Shown: positions 1-12,107, counted from the first letter of the stretch. The stretch is 64,000 bases of DNA from Schmidtea polychroa (GCA_044892525.1 CM097885.1:156178001-156242000), one strand, 5' to 3'. Notes: generated by a model from the letters alone, not told the origin. Translations and numbers: made by a program.

Positions 1-2
1 CA

Positions 3-1220
3 ACAAAATGTGGTGTACCAGTATTTGAAACAAATTATAAAGGAATATATTTAGCATACAAATATGTTCCAGCAGCAGAATCATTACATCTATCAGATAT
101 TATGATAGCCAAGTATATCAATAACAAGATTGATTTTTTGTATCATGATTTACAGAAACAATTGTTAGATGTGTATCAGGAAGTGATCCTGAACGATTGT
201 CGGTTAAATCGAGAAATAATATGAAATAGATTAGGAACATCTATAGCTAATCCTGATTTAATAATGCCGATGTTGACAGTGGAAGGAACATTTGGTAGAA
301 TCTTGAGTGAAGCAATTTATAGCTATCAATGTAAAGCAATAGAGGTAGAAATTACCAAATACGATTGATGTACATTAGAGCTTCCTGTGAAATATAAAGG
401 AAAATTGAGATTCATGATACCAGTATCACATCAGGTATTAAAAGAAGATGCCTCACCGTTGACAACAATTTGCAATCCAGCAATGTCACCATTATACAAA
501 ATTAACAATATTTGGATTTCATTGCCAGACAGAAAGCCATCCTCAAAACCTGTTGAAGTACTTCAAGCTACAAAATTAGAAACTAAAATGAAGTTTCGAC
601 CGTTAAATGAGATGTCAAAAGGTGGAGTATGTACTCCGGAAGATATTGAAGAAGCTCGGAGAGCAATTGTATTTCCCCAAATCAGAGATCGGGGAGTAAC
701 AGAGATAATAACAAGAATTTATCAATCATATGATGGAAAACCGGACTATAACTTATTATTTGGACCAGAACACTACAGACAAGCTGCATCAAATGTAATA
801 CGGAAAACCTGGGGTAGATTTACAAGCTTTGACATTTCTGTAGCAGGATGTTCAGGTATATACGCAATAGTGATGATATTGAAAATAATCATATCGCAAT
901 TATTTTCCACCTATAGTATCTTCAAGATCGGTGGATGGTCTTGGAAGTTGCTACTGGGAATGTGTCCAGTATTTCATCATCATAATAAAGAGATCGAGAG
1001 AATGAAGAGACAAAATGTAAAGAAGCATGAATTAATAATGTATGAACATAGTCATCGAGACGATGACAATTCTGACAAGGGAGGTAACCTAGAGGGCTAT
1101 GAGACCTCAGACAACACCTCAATAAAACCAGACAACAAAAAACCGAAATTTCAAAATTTTGAAAATAGTACGTTACAAGAGTACCCTTTTAAACCAAAAA
1201 GGAGGAAACGACAGGCGTAG
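3..1220 (+). pseudogene. C-terminal half of a chuvirus-like (class III fusogen type) envelope glycoprotein; in-frame TGA at 222 and 366
   Basis: Frame 3 reads TKCGVPVFETNYKGIYL...YINNKIDFLY...DCRLNRE...GTFGRILSEAIYSYQCKAIEV...CTLELPVKYKGKLRFMIP...CNPAMSPLYKINNIW...GGVCTPEDIEEARRAIVFP...WGRFTSF...AGCSGIYAIVMILKIII...YSIFKIGGWSWKLL. The Cys spacing and motif order match my recollection of chuvirus G and chuvirus-derived retroelement Env. Hydrophobic TM region near the C-terminus. Confidence 0.75.
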
Positions 1221-1485
1221 CCTGTGAACTATTTGTCACCATTTGAGGGTAGAAAAAAGATAATACCAGAACGAGTTGAAGAGGAAATGTTAAATTGTTT
1301 CGGTTTTAGAACAAATACAGATATATTACCATCTTCCTCATATCCAACGTATCATATGAAGTTCGAAACAATGCCACCCTGGGTACGTCAGTATTAGAGA
1401 TGGTACAAAAATATCCATTTAGCACGTTGAAACAACTAAAGGAAAACTATCAAGACGAAAATGACAAAGATTGCAAAAATCAACA

Positions 1486-2417
1486 TGTTGAGGATACCTA
1501 AATGAAAAATAACATAATAAATAAATAAATTACCTGGGGGAAGATCGTCATGACAAATTGGACGATCTATGGGAACTCAGAAAAGAAAACAGAAGTAAAA
1601 TGAAATTAAAAATGAGAAAGATAAATCAAAAAGAAGGAAACAAACAAGAAATTAAAACAAAGGTCATTGTTAATTAAGAAATACAAATGAAGGTGGAATT
1701 TCAAATTCCAGAAAAACAAAATAAGGGAAAAAGCCGTATCTTGACAGCTTGTCAAAGATAGCAAAATTGTTGGGAGAAGGCGGCTTAACAGAAAAGGAAA
1801 ATGGAAAAATATCTTGACATCTGTCAGAGATAAGGCTGATGTAGAGGGAAAGGAAAATGGTAAACAGAATCTGTCGCCAGTGCCACAAACAAAAAAACTA
1901 TATAAAGGAAAACTGGTGGACGAGAAATCAGAACAGATTGAGAACAAATTTAGAACGAATTTAGAACAGATTTAGAACGAAAACAGAACGAAATTAGAGA
2001 CAAAAAGTAGAGTAAAATTAGAGACAAAAGAGTTAAAATGGGAATCAAAACAAAGTGAAAAGAGAAGTGACAAGAATCTTTTATAAAATTGAATATAAAG
2101 TAAAAGTGGAGTAAATAAATTGTGTGGTCAAAGCAAATAGAACAATGATCAAAATATTCTGTAATTGAGTAGTTGACGGCTAGTGATTATTGTTGTGGTT
2201 ACAGAAAGGGCTATTCTTCACGTAGTGTCGAAATAAGCTCTGTGTGATAAATTGGTTTATAGTTAATTGGTTGTAATTGAAATTTGTACTATTACGTGTG
2301 GATATTAATAAAGCTTATTGTGTTCAAGAGTGTTGAATTGCGAATTAATAAACACACTTTGGAGCCAGAGTAAAGGTTTGACTTTACAAATATTGTCACC
2401 AACACAATAACCCAACA
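1486..2417 (+). mobile_element. Solo LTR (family A, 932 bp) inserted in the glycoprotein-protease linker
   Basis: Termini TGTTG...CAACA; 4-bp TSD AACA at 1482-1485 and 2418-2421; homologous to 28379..29345 (inverted); removing it restores an open frame into the protease. Confidence 0.9.
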
Positions 2418-2421
2418 AACA

Positions 2422-5400
2422 AAAATTCAGAGATAATATTCGAGGAATCTCAACAATATTAATGGTCAATACAATTAAAAAGACTCATAAGCCTACGATT
2501 AAATTAAAGGTTAACAGGCATACGGTTCATCCCATTATTGACTCAGGATCAGATTTGACACTGATCGAAGCAAATTTATTAAATGAAAGAGAATTACAAG
2601 CAATAGTGCCGACATTAACTGTGGCATCGGGAGCAAACGGACAACCTATCAATGTTATCGGAACATTAGATTGTGATTTAAGGTTGCGTGATTAAAAATG
2701 TAGACATGATATGTAGAATGTATAGGCGGAATGTATCGTGGGAATGGATATATTGAAAAAGTTAAAAGAAATTGTATTCGATTGTGCAACAGGCTAATTA
2801 GTAAAAGTTACGAGTAGAAAACGGGAAACCTACAGTTTAGATGTAGTGTTTTTGGATAGAACGGTGACAATACCAGCGAGGACCGTAACAGTTTGTTTTG
2901 TAGCAACACACCAAGAGGTGGAATGAGATGTTATTTTCGAACCGAGTGAGCAGTTCGTAAATAGATATAAAACGCCTATGGTGCAAAACTTGACAACAAA
3001 ACGGGGAGGAAGAATCCCAATCAGATTTACGAATCTAGCAAGCAAATCATTGAGACCAGAGTGGGTAAAATAATACAACTTTCTAACTTAAAGAAAGAGA
3101 CTGAATGGATATTATCGGTACAAGAGGATGAACGAGATCCCGATATCGAATATTATGATGCACCGAGCTGCGATAGTAAAGCTTTGTCTAGAAAATAAAA
3201 TATTAGAGTTAACCAGTTGTTACGTAAATATGACCAAGTTTTTGCCAAACACGAATATAACCTAGCTCAAGTTAATATTTTAGAGCATGAAATAAAATTA
3301 ACAGAAAGTAAACCGATAAAAATACGCCCGTACAGAATACCTCAAAGTATACAAGGGTCCGTAGATAAACAAATTAAATTAATGCAAAAATATAATATAA
3401 TCAGACCCAGTAAATCTCCATATTCCTTACCTTTGGTGGTTGTAGCTGAAAGAGACGGCTCAGTTAGATTATGTAATGACTATAGAAAATTAAATGAACA
3501 AACAGTTAGTGATAATCATCGGCTACCTTTGTTAAATTATATTCATGATAAAATGAAAAATTCAAAGTTGTTTATTGTGATGGATGCACAGAAAGGTTTT
3601 TATCAAATAAAGATGAGCGAAAACTCAATTCCTATGACAGGATTTTCTACAAGTAGTGATCATTTTGAATATCTAGTGATGCCATTTGGATTAAAAGGAG
3701 CCCCTCCAACCTTTCACAGAGCTATAAACATCATGCTGATAGATGCACATCACGCAATGGTATATATAGACGACACTATCATCTTTTCGGAAGATTAAGA
3801 TAAACATTTAGAACATCTTGAGGATATTTTTAAAAGATTGATTATAGCAAATCTCAAGGTAAAACCAAGCAAATGCAAGTGGGCAGAATCGGAAGTGATT
3901 TACGTAGGGCATGTAATATCACACGATTGCGTAAGACCAGATCCGGCTAACATGGATAAAGTGAAGAATTTCCCACAACCGGTGAATGTTAAACAAATCA
4001 AAGGATTTTTAGGGTTGACGGGATATTATAGGAAATTCATTCGGAATTTTTCAGCAATTGCTTTTTGTTTAACTACCTTAGAAAAGAAAGGAATAAAATT
4101 TTTATGGGGAGAGGATCAGTAACAATCGTTTGACAAGTTGAAAGATGCTCTATGTAATCCACCAATTCTACGATTTCCTGAATTTAAAAGACGGTTCATG
4201 GTGATGACCGATGCATGCACAAGTTTTGGGACAGAAAGACGAAAATGGCGATGAATACGCAGTAGCATATGCAAGTCGTGGATTGAAGCCACACGAAAAA
4301 AAGTTATGCTGTGATAGAATTGGAAGCATTAGCATTAGTATTTGCAGTGGAGAAGTTTAGTCATTACCTATGGGGCAGAAAGGTAGTTTTCTATACAGAC
4401 CATAGACCATTACAATGTTGTTAAAACATAGAGACTAAGTATCGAAATTAGTAAGATGGGCATTGAGATTACAGCCATATAATATCGAAATTGTATATCG
4501 TAAAGGTAAAGCGAATGGTAATGCAGACGCATTATCACAAATGGAGCAAGAGCCTGAGTCAGAAGATATAAATGAAGGAAGATTAGAAGGAACTATTTTC
4601 ATGCTAACAAGCGAGGCTAACACTTTGAGTGATTTAGTAGAAGCGCAGAAAAATGATGACTAGATCAATATGATCAGTCAAGCTATCGAAGTAAAGGTCA
4701 TACCAAACGAGATTCAGAAATATTGGGAGAAACATAAAGATAAATTCCTATTGGAAGAAGGCCTAATCAAATATATGAAATCAAGAGATAATGTAATATT
4801 AGTACCAAAGAAATACAGAAAATCGTTATTATTACAGTACCATGATGGATCACTTGGAGGACATCTCTCAGGTCTAGATTTAAAAATGAAATATTTCTGG
4901 CCAGATATGAAAGATGATGTTAAAAGTGGTGTCAATCGTGTAAGATATGTGTAACCAGAAGGAACACAGGCAGGAAACCACATGTTCCTTTGAAACCAAT
5001 GCCAGTACCGTCCTCGCCAATGGAGATGACTCTATGGACGTATTAAGGCCGTTTAAAGAATCGAAGATGGGAAATAAATTTATCATAGTATTTTGCGACT
5101 ACTTAACGAAGTGGTCTGAAGCATTCCTAATTCCGAATCATAAGGCAGACACAATTGCCAGAATCTTTGTTGAACAAATTGTATGAAGATATGGTGTTCC
5201 GACAAAATTGCTTACCAACAGAGGAAAGGATTTTATGAGTAATCAACTGAAGAGTATAAATGATTACTTTGGTATTTTAAAGTTAAATTCGTCACCATAC
5301 CACCCACAGACGATTGGGTTGGTAGAAAGGTTCAATGGAACATTGACAAACATGTTATCATCATACTTAAACTCAGGTCAGATCGACTGGGATGTGCACA

Positions 5401-5950
5401 TACCATCGTGCTATTTTGCGTATAGATATGCTGTTCATTCAGTTACAAGAGAAACACCTTTCTATCTGATGTACTTAAGGCATAGCAAGAAGCCAGTGTA
5501 TCTTATATTTTATCCGAAATTGTGATGAAGGAAACTACTTATTCGAGATGAAAGAAAGAATGATAGAAGCCTGGGAGAAAGCAGGTTTGAACATTCATGA
5601 TCGCAAAGCAAAGGATCATGGGTTTGTGGTAAAAGACTATATGATGTTGGAGGGGCATTACAACAAAAAAGGGTTTGTCTCCGAAATTAATGAGAAATTA
5701 CAAAGGGCCATATCAAATTTTGAAAGTTACAGAAACAAATTTGGTCTTGCAGTTAGTGGCAAACAAGAAAGCAGAACCCATTATGGTTCATGCGAACAGA
5801 TAAAAAAAAGATAGTTCCACCAGAAAAAGAGAAACCAAAATCAGAGATTGATGAATTCAAAATAGATAAGAAATCGAAAAAGAAAACGTTAGAATCATAT
5901 TAAAGTATCCTAAAGGGACAACCAGAACGATACCCTTTACGATCTCGACA
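2422..5950 (+). pseudogene. pol: Gypsy pol (aspartic protease, reverse transcriptase, RNase H, integrase), fragmented
   Basis: ORF-track pieces 2462..2695, 3217..3798, 3838..4122, 4463..4663, 4670..4954, 4947..5186, 5208..5525 carry consecutive pol motifs. The C-terminal PIMVHANR and RYPLRSR motifs are typical of gypsy integrase tails. Confidence 0.92.
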
Positions 5951-6962
5951 GATCCCGAAAACAGTAATTTTTCTAGCTGTAATTAGTTGTGTTATGATGA
6001 TGGGACAAGCATTTGAGATGTTTATACCAAAAGCAAGTCAACATCCAGATTTTGAATATCAACGAACAGGTAGAGCATTCAGATTTTGTTTAACAAATAT
6101 ACAATGGTACAGATTTGATCTATACCTGGCAGCTGCTGAGAAAGGAATATCGTTTCACTTGAATATATGGGATCGTGTAAAAGTAGTAGATGGACTGATG
6201 CCAAATACAAGTTATCTTCTAGAAATCAATACATTTTTTGCTGACCCAAACGTTTTTGCAGACGGAGGAGATTGTGTGGATAAAGCAGCATGCATTCTGA
6301 AGACTGCAGTATTTACTAAAAAAGTGGAGATTTAATATCTCGGGCAAATAGTAAGGTTTAGTCATCTATTGTGGAGGAGAAATGATACGTTTTACGCTCA
6401 AGATTGGAGGATAAATAATAGAATCGCGCTTATCGTTATATTGGAAAATAACCATCGAGTCAAGAAATTAGAGCTCAACCATGCGTATCAACGTAGAAGA
6501 TGGACAATCAAACAAAATGTTGTGACAAAGGCTAACATTTCGTATTTAGAATTTACTGAGAGAACGGTTGGTATTCAGTACATCACGAAATGGTAGATTT
6601 AATACCTTCCCAAAGGGAAAACTAACTAGCAAAGAAGGAAAGGCTAGATTAGTAAATATTCCTGGTTGTAGAGGAATAAATGCTATGGATTGGATTAATC
6701 TTCGAAAGGTAGCGAGTGAAAAACAATCCCGTATAAATAAATTAATTAATAACTGTAATTGTCAAAAGATAAAATGCCAACCTGGTTATTCATAGTTATA
6801 ATAGGGGGAGTAATTTGCATGATTTTAACTTTAATATTAGCTACCCTATGGATGTTTAGATTAATTATGCGGGATATCCGTTATTGGGAAAATATTTACG
6901 AAACCGAGGTAAGGTGGAAAAAGTCTCACCATATACTAGGAAGTGTAAATATATATATATAA
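5951..6962 (+). pseudogene. Predicted type I membrane protein (signal-like segment, FN3-like motif, TM helix) in frame with the integrase tail; disrupted
   Basis: PERYPLRSR continues in frame into QIPKTVIFLAVISCVMMMGQA (signal-like); VVDGLMPNTSYLLEINT resembles the FN3 E-F strand signature; TM WLFIVIIGGVICMILTLILATLWMF in 6759..6962. Confidence 0.55.
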
Positions 6963-7114
6963 TTATTTATTCGATATTTTATTTATATTAATATGTAAAC
7001 TAATGTGGGCTTAACAGAGCATCGGTAAAATCAGACATCAGCGAATGTTGACTTTGGTTACCCTGCGAGGGTCTATCACGAAAGTGATAAAAGCTGTTAA
7101 TATTTTTTTTAGAA

Positions 7115-9100
7115 ATGAATTACAACAGAGAACCAAAGCCACAAGTCCGAGAAAATCGACGACACCCATTGGCAACGTACAATCACCAGACTCGAGTTGA
7201 TACAGAGGTATACAGTACATATACAGGTTCATCGGAACCATGGTTGCAGCGAAAATGAACCATCTCACCTCAAATTATTGGTATTATCCTAAGAGAGTGG
7301 ATATTCCAAATGATTTTAAATTCCCAGGCCTCGAAGGCAAATGATGGTGACGGTTGTGAAAAACCAAGGGAGATTGAAACTGGCGGAAATATGCAGAGAA
7401 TATGGCTCTTGTCAAAAGTTAGAAAACATTTGGATCCATGCGATAAATAGGCCATTCACTGTGTTTATGGTGGGATTAGAGTTACCAGCGGAACTGGAAA
7501 AACAGTGCACTTTGGAGATATATCATGTTGATGGACTAGAACGAAATATTATGATCCAAACAGCAGCAATTAACACCATAATCGTGTTAGAAATCCTGGA
7601 CTTTAAGAAGCCATACCTTATAGTTTGTAAAAATGAACCGTCATGCATTTACAATGTAAATGAAGCTGATATACAGCAGTGCAAATCGTTTGTGAAGAAA
7701 AATTTAACCAAAGCCGAGGAGGATGAGACTACAATTTTCATATCGGCAGGTTTTGCCAAATCCAGAATTGAACTAAAAGAAACCCTTATCCAGATTGCGA
7801 TTATGGATATGAAAGGAAATAATTTATTGAGTGCGGTAGTGACCCTCAGAGATCCAGTTAAACACTACCAAACGCACTAATACAAGTTGAAGGAACCCGA
7901 TATCAGAGGAAATCTTGACGAAGAGGATTGTTATCACATTATAAGGAAGATTTGGGATAAGAAAATTCTTGTAGACATTTTGCTTAAAGATTTGATCTCG
8001 GTAGCCAATCTACCTGTGCAGCGATTATTTAGTATCCGTGACCTTTCTTAAAACAAATTATTGGAAACCAGAGGAGTCCCTAAGATTCATGAGCATTACA
8101 GATTGGGATTCCTGACAAAGACTTTCTCCCGGAGAATCAAGGAATTTAGTGGTCACCAATGAGACACTAGTAATACGTGCAGTTTACGTACATATTAGAA
8201 ATGAATGGTTAGACCATATCACGATACCCCAGGAGGGATTCGTTTCCGCAACTACAGCAGCGATAGTTGAACAGGAAATGGCACAGAAGAGGAGATTACC
8301 CAAGCAGCCATCTACATCGGATCAAACCCAGCCAAAGAGGAAATAACCTGTGGACCTACCAACGCCTCCGGTTATATCAATAGGAAAAGAGGACGAGTAT
8401 GTGAGGAATGTGATGCGGAAACGGCAAAAACACCCAAACAATCGACTAGCACTACCTATCAGCCAAAAAATAAGCCAGAAACTGCAACAAGAAAGGAAAA
8501 CCTGGAAGGAGGTAAGGTGAGGAAGATGTTAAAGAAAATGTTACCAGTAAAAAGAGACTAGTCGAAATTAAAGTTGAAAAAGGTTGTTAAACCATCTGAA
8601 AAAACATCAACAGTACAATCCAAAAGAGTGGAAGAAAGTCAAAGCAAACCGAAGAAAATATTTAATGAGCCAGAGGACGATATCATGGAAGTTGCCTTTC
8701 AACCTCCGGTTAAGGAATTGCAAGAAGCGATAAGGGTAAAATCGGAACCTGTAATTTGCAAAAAGTTGTTGAAGATTGCAAAGAACATGATAAAAAACCA
8801 GTATCGGTTGATGTGGATGAATTCGAGCCTATGTGGTATAAACGTCCTGACAGTAAATGGAAACCCAGAGCCAAATAGTATGACACATATGACGTAGACG
8901 GAATCCCTTACGTAGTGTCTACGGTCATATTAACAAGCGCTTTGGATGGTAAGGCTCTGGCAGTGAGTTTTGAGCCAGAAGTCTTGCAGAAGCGGAAAAA
9001 GAAGCTGCAGCGGCAATACGTTATTGCGAATGGCTACAGCACAACGGAACTAAACCTTTACAAGATCCCAGAACCAGATCCCGACGATCTGGATATTTAA
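7115..9100 (+). pseudogene. Accessory ORF3 with a REX4-like DEDDh exonuclease fold (~7731-8215) and a K/E-rich tail; disrupted
   Basis: ATG at 7115 follows a TTTTTTTTAG acceptor-like run. IQIAIMDMKGNNLL..VV..RDPVKHYQTH...KILV..LLKDL...IRD...SLRFMS...VIRAVY...EW parallels the REX4 pattern ARISIVN..G.V.LD.FVKP...V...RT...RILVGH.LKHDL...LRD...SLKKL...ATMLLY...EF. Confidence 0.55.
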
Positions 9101-9372
9101 TCAGGGAATGTTGCCTCTCAACAATTGTCGTCGAAGCCACTGTGTTCAGTTGATTATCCAGTTATTTGATATGGTGATTATTCAGTTTTTGACATTAATG
9201 ATCCAGTTATTTGTGATTTGAAACATTTGTTTTATTTTTCGGTGTAAATAATTAAAGTTGAATTTTCTTATTTGATTAATTTTTATATTTTATTGTAATG
9301 CTGTTTATCGAAAGTCTTTCTTAAGGTTACTTATCTTGTTTTCGAGACGAAAATCTTTTAGGGGGTAAGACT

Positions 9373-10771
9373 TGTTAGGGATAGGCCTGGAGACTGAAAT
9401 AATAAAACAATAAAAATTACTAAATTTAGAAATAGTATATTAAAAGAAAATAAACAATTACTTATAATAGAAAAAGGTTAAAAAAAATTACTTAAAATAA
9501 AGTTTAGTCATATTTAAAATAATATAAATAAAAATAATCTATAATTAGTAACAATTGGTGTTACTAATACTATATATAGTATATATTACTATTAATATTA
9601 TAAATAATTATATTTGGATATAAATAGAGATTCATATAGAGAACCAGGGACGAACAATTTAAGACGCAAATTTCAGACGAGAAATTTTCAGACAAAGAAC
9701 ATAAAATTAAAAATAGGGCATTTCTGTGAAGAAACATGATTAAAGAATCACCATGTAAATTGATTAGATTTTCGAGAGGAAAACAATTTGATTAGTTTGA
9801 TTTTAATTAACTAAGGAGATTTGATCGGAGATTTTGATCAGTACAATTCATTTAAATTGTTGAGAGAGAAATTTCACAAGGAGAGGAAAAATTTGAAACT
9901 ACGATTGAAGAGACGATTGACCAAAGTAAAATATTTATTGTTTGTTTGAAGGATGAGTTACTATCCTTGTGTCGTTTCGTTATTGTGAAATTTAAAAGAA
10001 CGATCACAAAGTATTGACAACTTACTTTTGTATTCCCTGGGTGTCCCAAAATAATCCCACTTGCTTAACCATTTCTTTCATCGACTTTGCGATCGTTGTA
10101 CTACACATGGGCCATCGACCTCTTGTAGGCTGAGATAAACAGCAGGGATTAATAAATCCATGTCTTGAATTTTTCTTCTGTACATTTATAAAATTACCAT
10201 TTGTAAATTGTTCAATAAAAGTTTTTATAAAAGAAAAGAGAAGTTGTCTTTTTTATTTGATTTAAATACGCGCAACCACATTAAATATTTTATATCTAAA
10301 TTTATATTTATTTATTGGAGTCATAGTGTTAAGGTTAAAAGCCCCCATCTTTTCGATCTTAACAGAAGTAAAAAACGAATTCAAAACTTAATGTTGACCA
10401 AATCATTTTGAATCTTAGCGTATGAGAAAGGGAGATCTCTTATTGGAAGATATTTCCAATGTGCAGGTTTGAGGTTGAAATTGAAAGTGTGCAGAGCAAG
10501 AGTTACTTAAAGTGGTGCAAACTGAAATTGTTTCATTAAAGTGTGTAAAAAATAAGTGTAATTGTGGTAATTTAGAATAAATATTATTGTGTTGGGTTGT
10601 TCGATTTGCTTAATAAAAGGACACCAAGAATTCAGTCAGTGATACCGACTTACCAAAATATCCAAATTTATAAAAATGTTGTAAAGTAAAAATCAGTGAA
10701 TTTTTACCCACTTGTTAATTAATATTGACTTTGTTTTCCAATTTTTAAATAATTTTTTTATTAATTTTAAC
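9373..10771 (+). repeat. Probable 3' LTR of the Gypsy element (right boundary uncertain)
   Basis: Begins TGTTAGG immediately after the purine tract at ~9360; AT-rich; the candidate end ...TTTTAACA at ~10771 is a guess. Confidence 0.35.
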
Positions 10772-12107
10772 ATTAGCACACAAAGCCTTATTGATATACA
10801 AAAAAACTTTGAAAATTTATTTATCTGTATCATACGTTCTCTTATCTCTATCCTCAAAATTTTCAATTTTTCAAACCAAGATTAAGTTTTAAAAAGATTT
10901 TTTATATACATAGAATATTCTATTGTGATTTACGACGATTACTTTTTGCACTGATTTTACAAATAGTAATCAAAAGCAATTCAAGCAAATTTCATGTTTC
11001 TTGTTTATTATTATATAAAACCTATAGTTTTATTATTATTGCGAACGCACCAAAAGAATTTTAATATCTCAACTTAACTCAAACTTTAGAAAAATTATTT
11101 ATTCAAATCAACAGTAATTTTACAAATATCGAGATCTAAATAGCAAAATTTCCTATTTATAGTATATATTTTGTAATGTGTAATAAAATTAATTTATTGT
11201 TATTATGTGGTGTTTATATGAGAGATTTGTGGAGCCCAACCGAGTCTCCTGTAAAATTTTATCGGGCGGTTGGGATGAATGATGAGTATTGTAAAATATA
11301 ACTCCTTATACTAACAAAATAAATAAAATGTTACTAATTACAATGACAAAATTTATTCCAATTCCAACGACGAATAATATGATAAATTATTAGTACCAAT
11401 TAATTTGATACCAAAATAAAGAGTTTTTCATAAAAATTTTCATTATATTCGAATCTTCTGACATTATCTTCTGTTTGGTTTAATCGTTATAGAATTCGTT
11501 TTAATTTTCTTTTTATACTTTTGCTTTTTTTCATATAGTCTATTGATTTAATATTTTTTGTCTTCCAATATGTCAGTTGGTGACTTACTATTAGGAATTG
11601 ATTTTATCGTTATGATAATAATAATAAACACAAAACTAATATACATGCACACTATTAAAATTACAAAAATCTCTTTTCTGTACTTCTAAAATAGCAATTT
11701 CAATTCTTAATTAACTAATTTATATATTTCATCATCGTAAATTTTATTTTTTTCGGCTTTCTCCAAATAAATTCCTCAACATATCCACCTCCTTTAATCC
11801 TACGATTGTCAAAATTGACTTTCATTTTTCCTTCAGATGATGATTGATGAAATCGATAAACTTTTAATTAATTAGTTTTATATTTTCACACTTACACCTT
11901 TTAGTAATATCATTCAGTTTGAAAATATGATATGCATTTATTTTTGTAATTACCATTTAGTTTTTCGTTTAAAATATATTGAATTTTCAGCAGGTAATTT
12001 AACTTATTTTTTAATTAATTCACGATACCTATTCTATACCATATTTTAATTCCTGATTGTTTTCTTGTAAACACAGCTGAGAATTTTTTCAGCTTTATCA
12101 TTTACCG

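Larger units (their letters stand above)
1..9372 (+). mobile_element. Degenerate Ty3/Gypsy LTR retroelement, internal region, 5' end outside the window. Order: glycoprotein - PR - RT - RNaseH - IN - membrane protein; ORF3; PPT
   Basis: PR motif IIDSGSDL (~2530); RT motifs LCNDYRKLN, MPFGLKGAP, YIDD (3217-3798); RNaseH ELEALALVFAVEKF...YTDHRPL, GKANGNADALS; IN zinc finger H...GGH...YFWP and core D/E motifs. PR-RT-RH-IN order; purine tract AGGGGG at ~9360 followed by TGTTAGG. Many stops and frameshifts. Confidence 0.9.

Noticed and set aside
1606-1947. Hydrophobic minus-strand ORFs (also 1670..1888 and 28893..29162)
   Set aside because: They are the antisense of purine-rich solo-LTR sequence; the frames are not conserved between the two LTR copies.
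1935-2035. Short 10-11 bp repeats (GAACAAATTTA-like) as a possible CRISPR-like array
   Set aside because: No unique spacers, degenerate units, located inside a eukaryotic LTR; ordinary LTR tandem repeats.
7038-7268. Minus-strand ORF with TM-like segments
   Set aside because: Overlaps the start of plus-strand ORF3; no motif; likely a shadow frame.
9852-10049. GHPGNTK as a possible integrase zinc-finger fragment
   Set aside because: No following CxxC or other pol motif in any frame I could read.
11225-11285. GGW codons suggesting a BH2 exon
   Set aside because: Wrong strand for the Bak gene and part of a small hairpin; the real BH2 exon is at 12790-12988.
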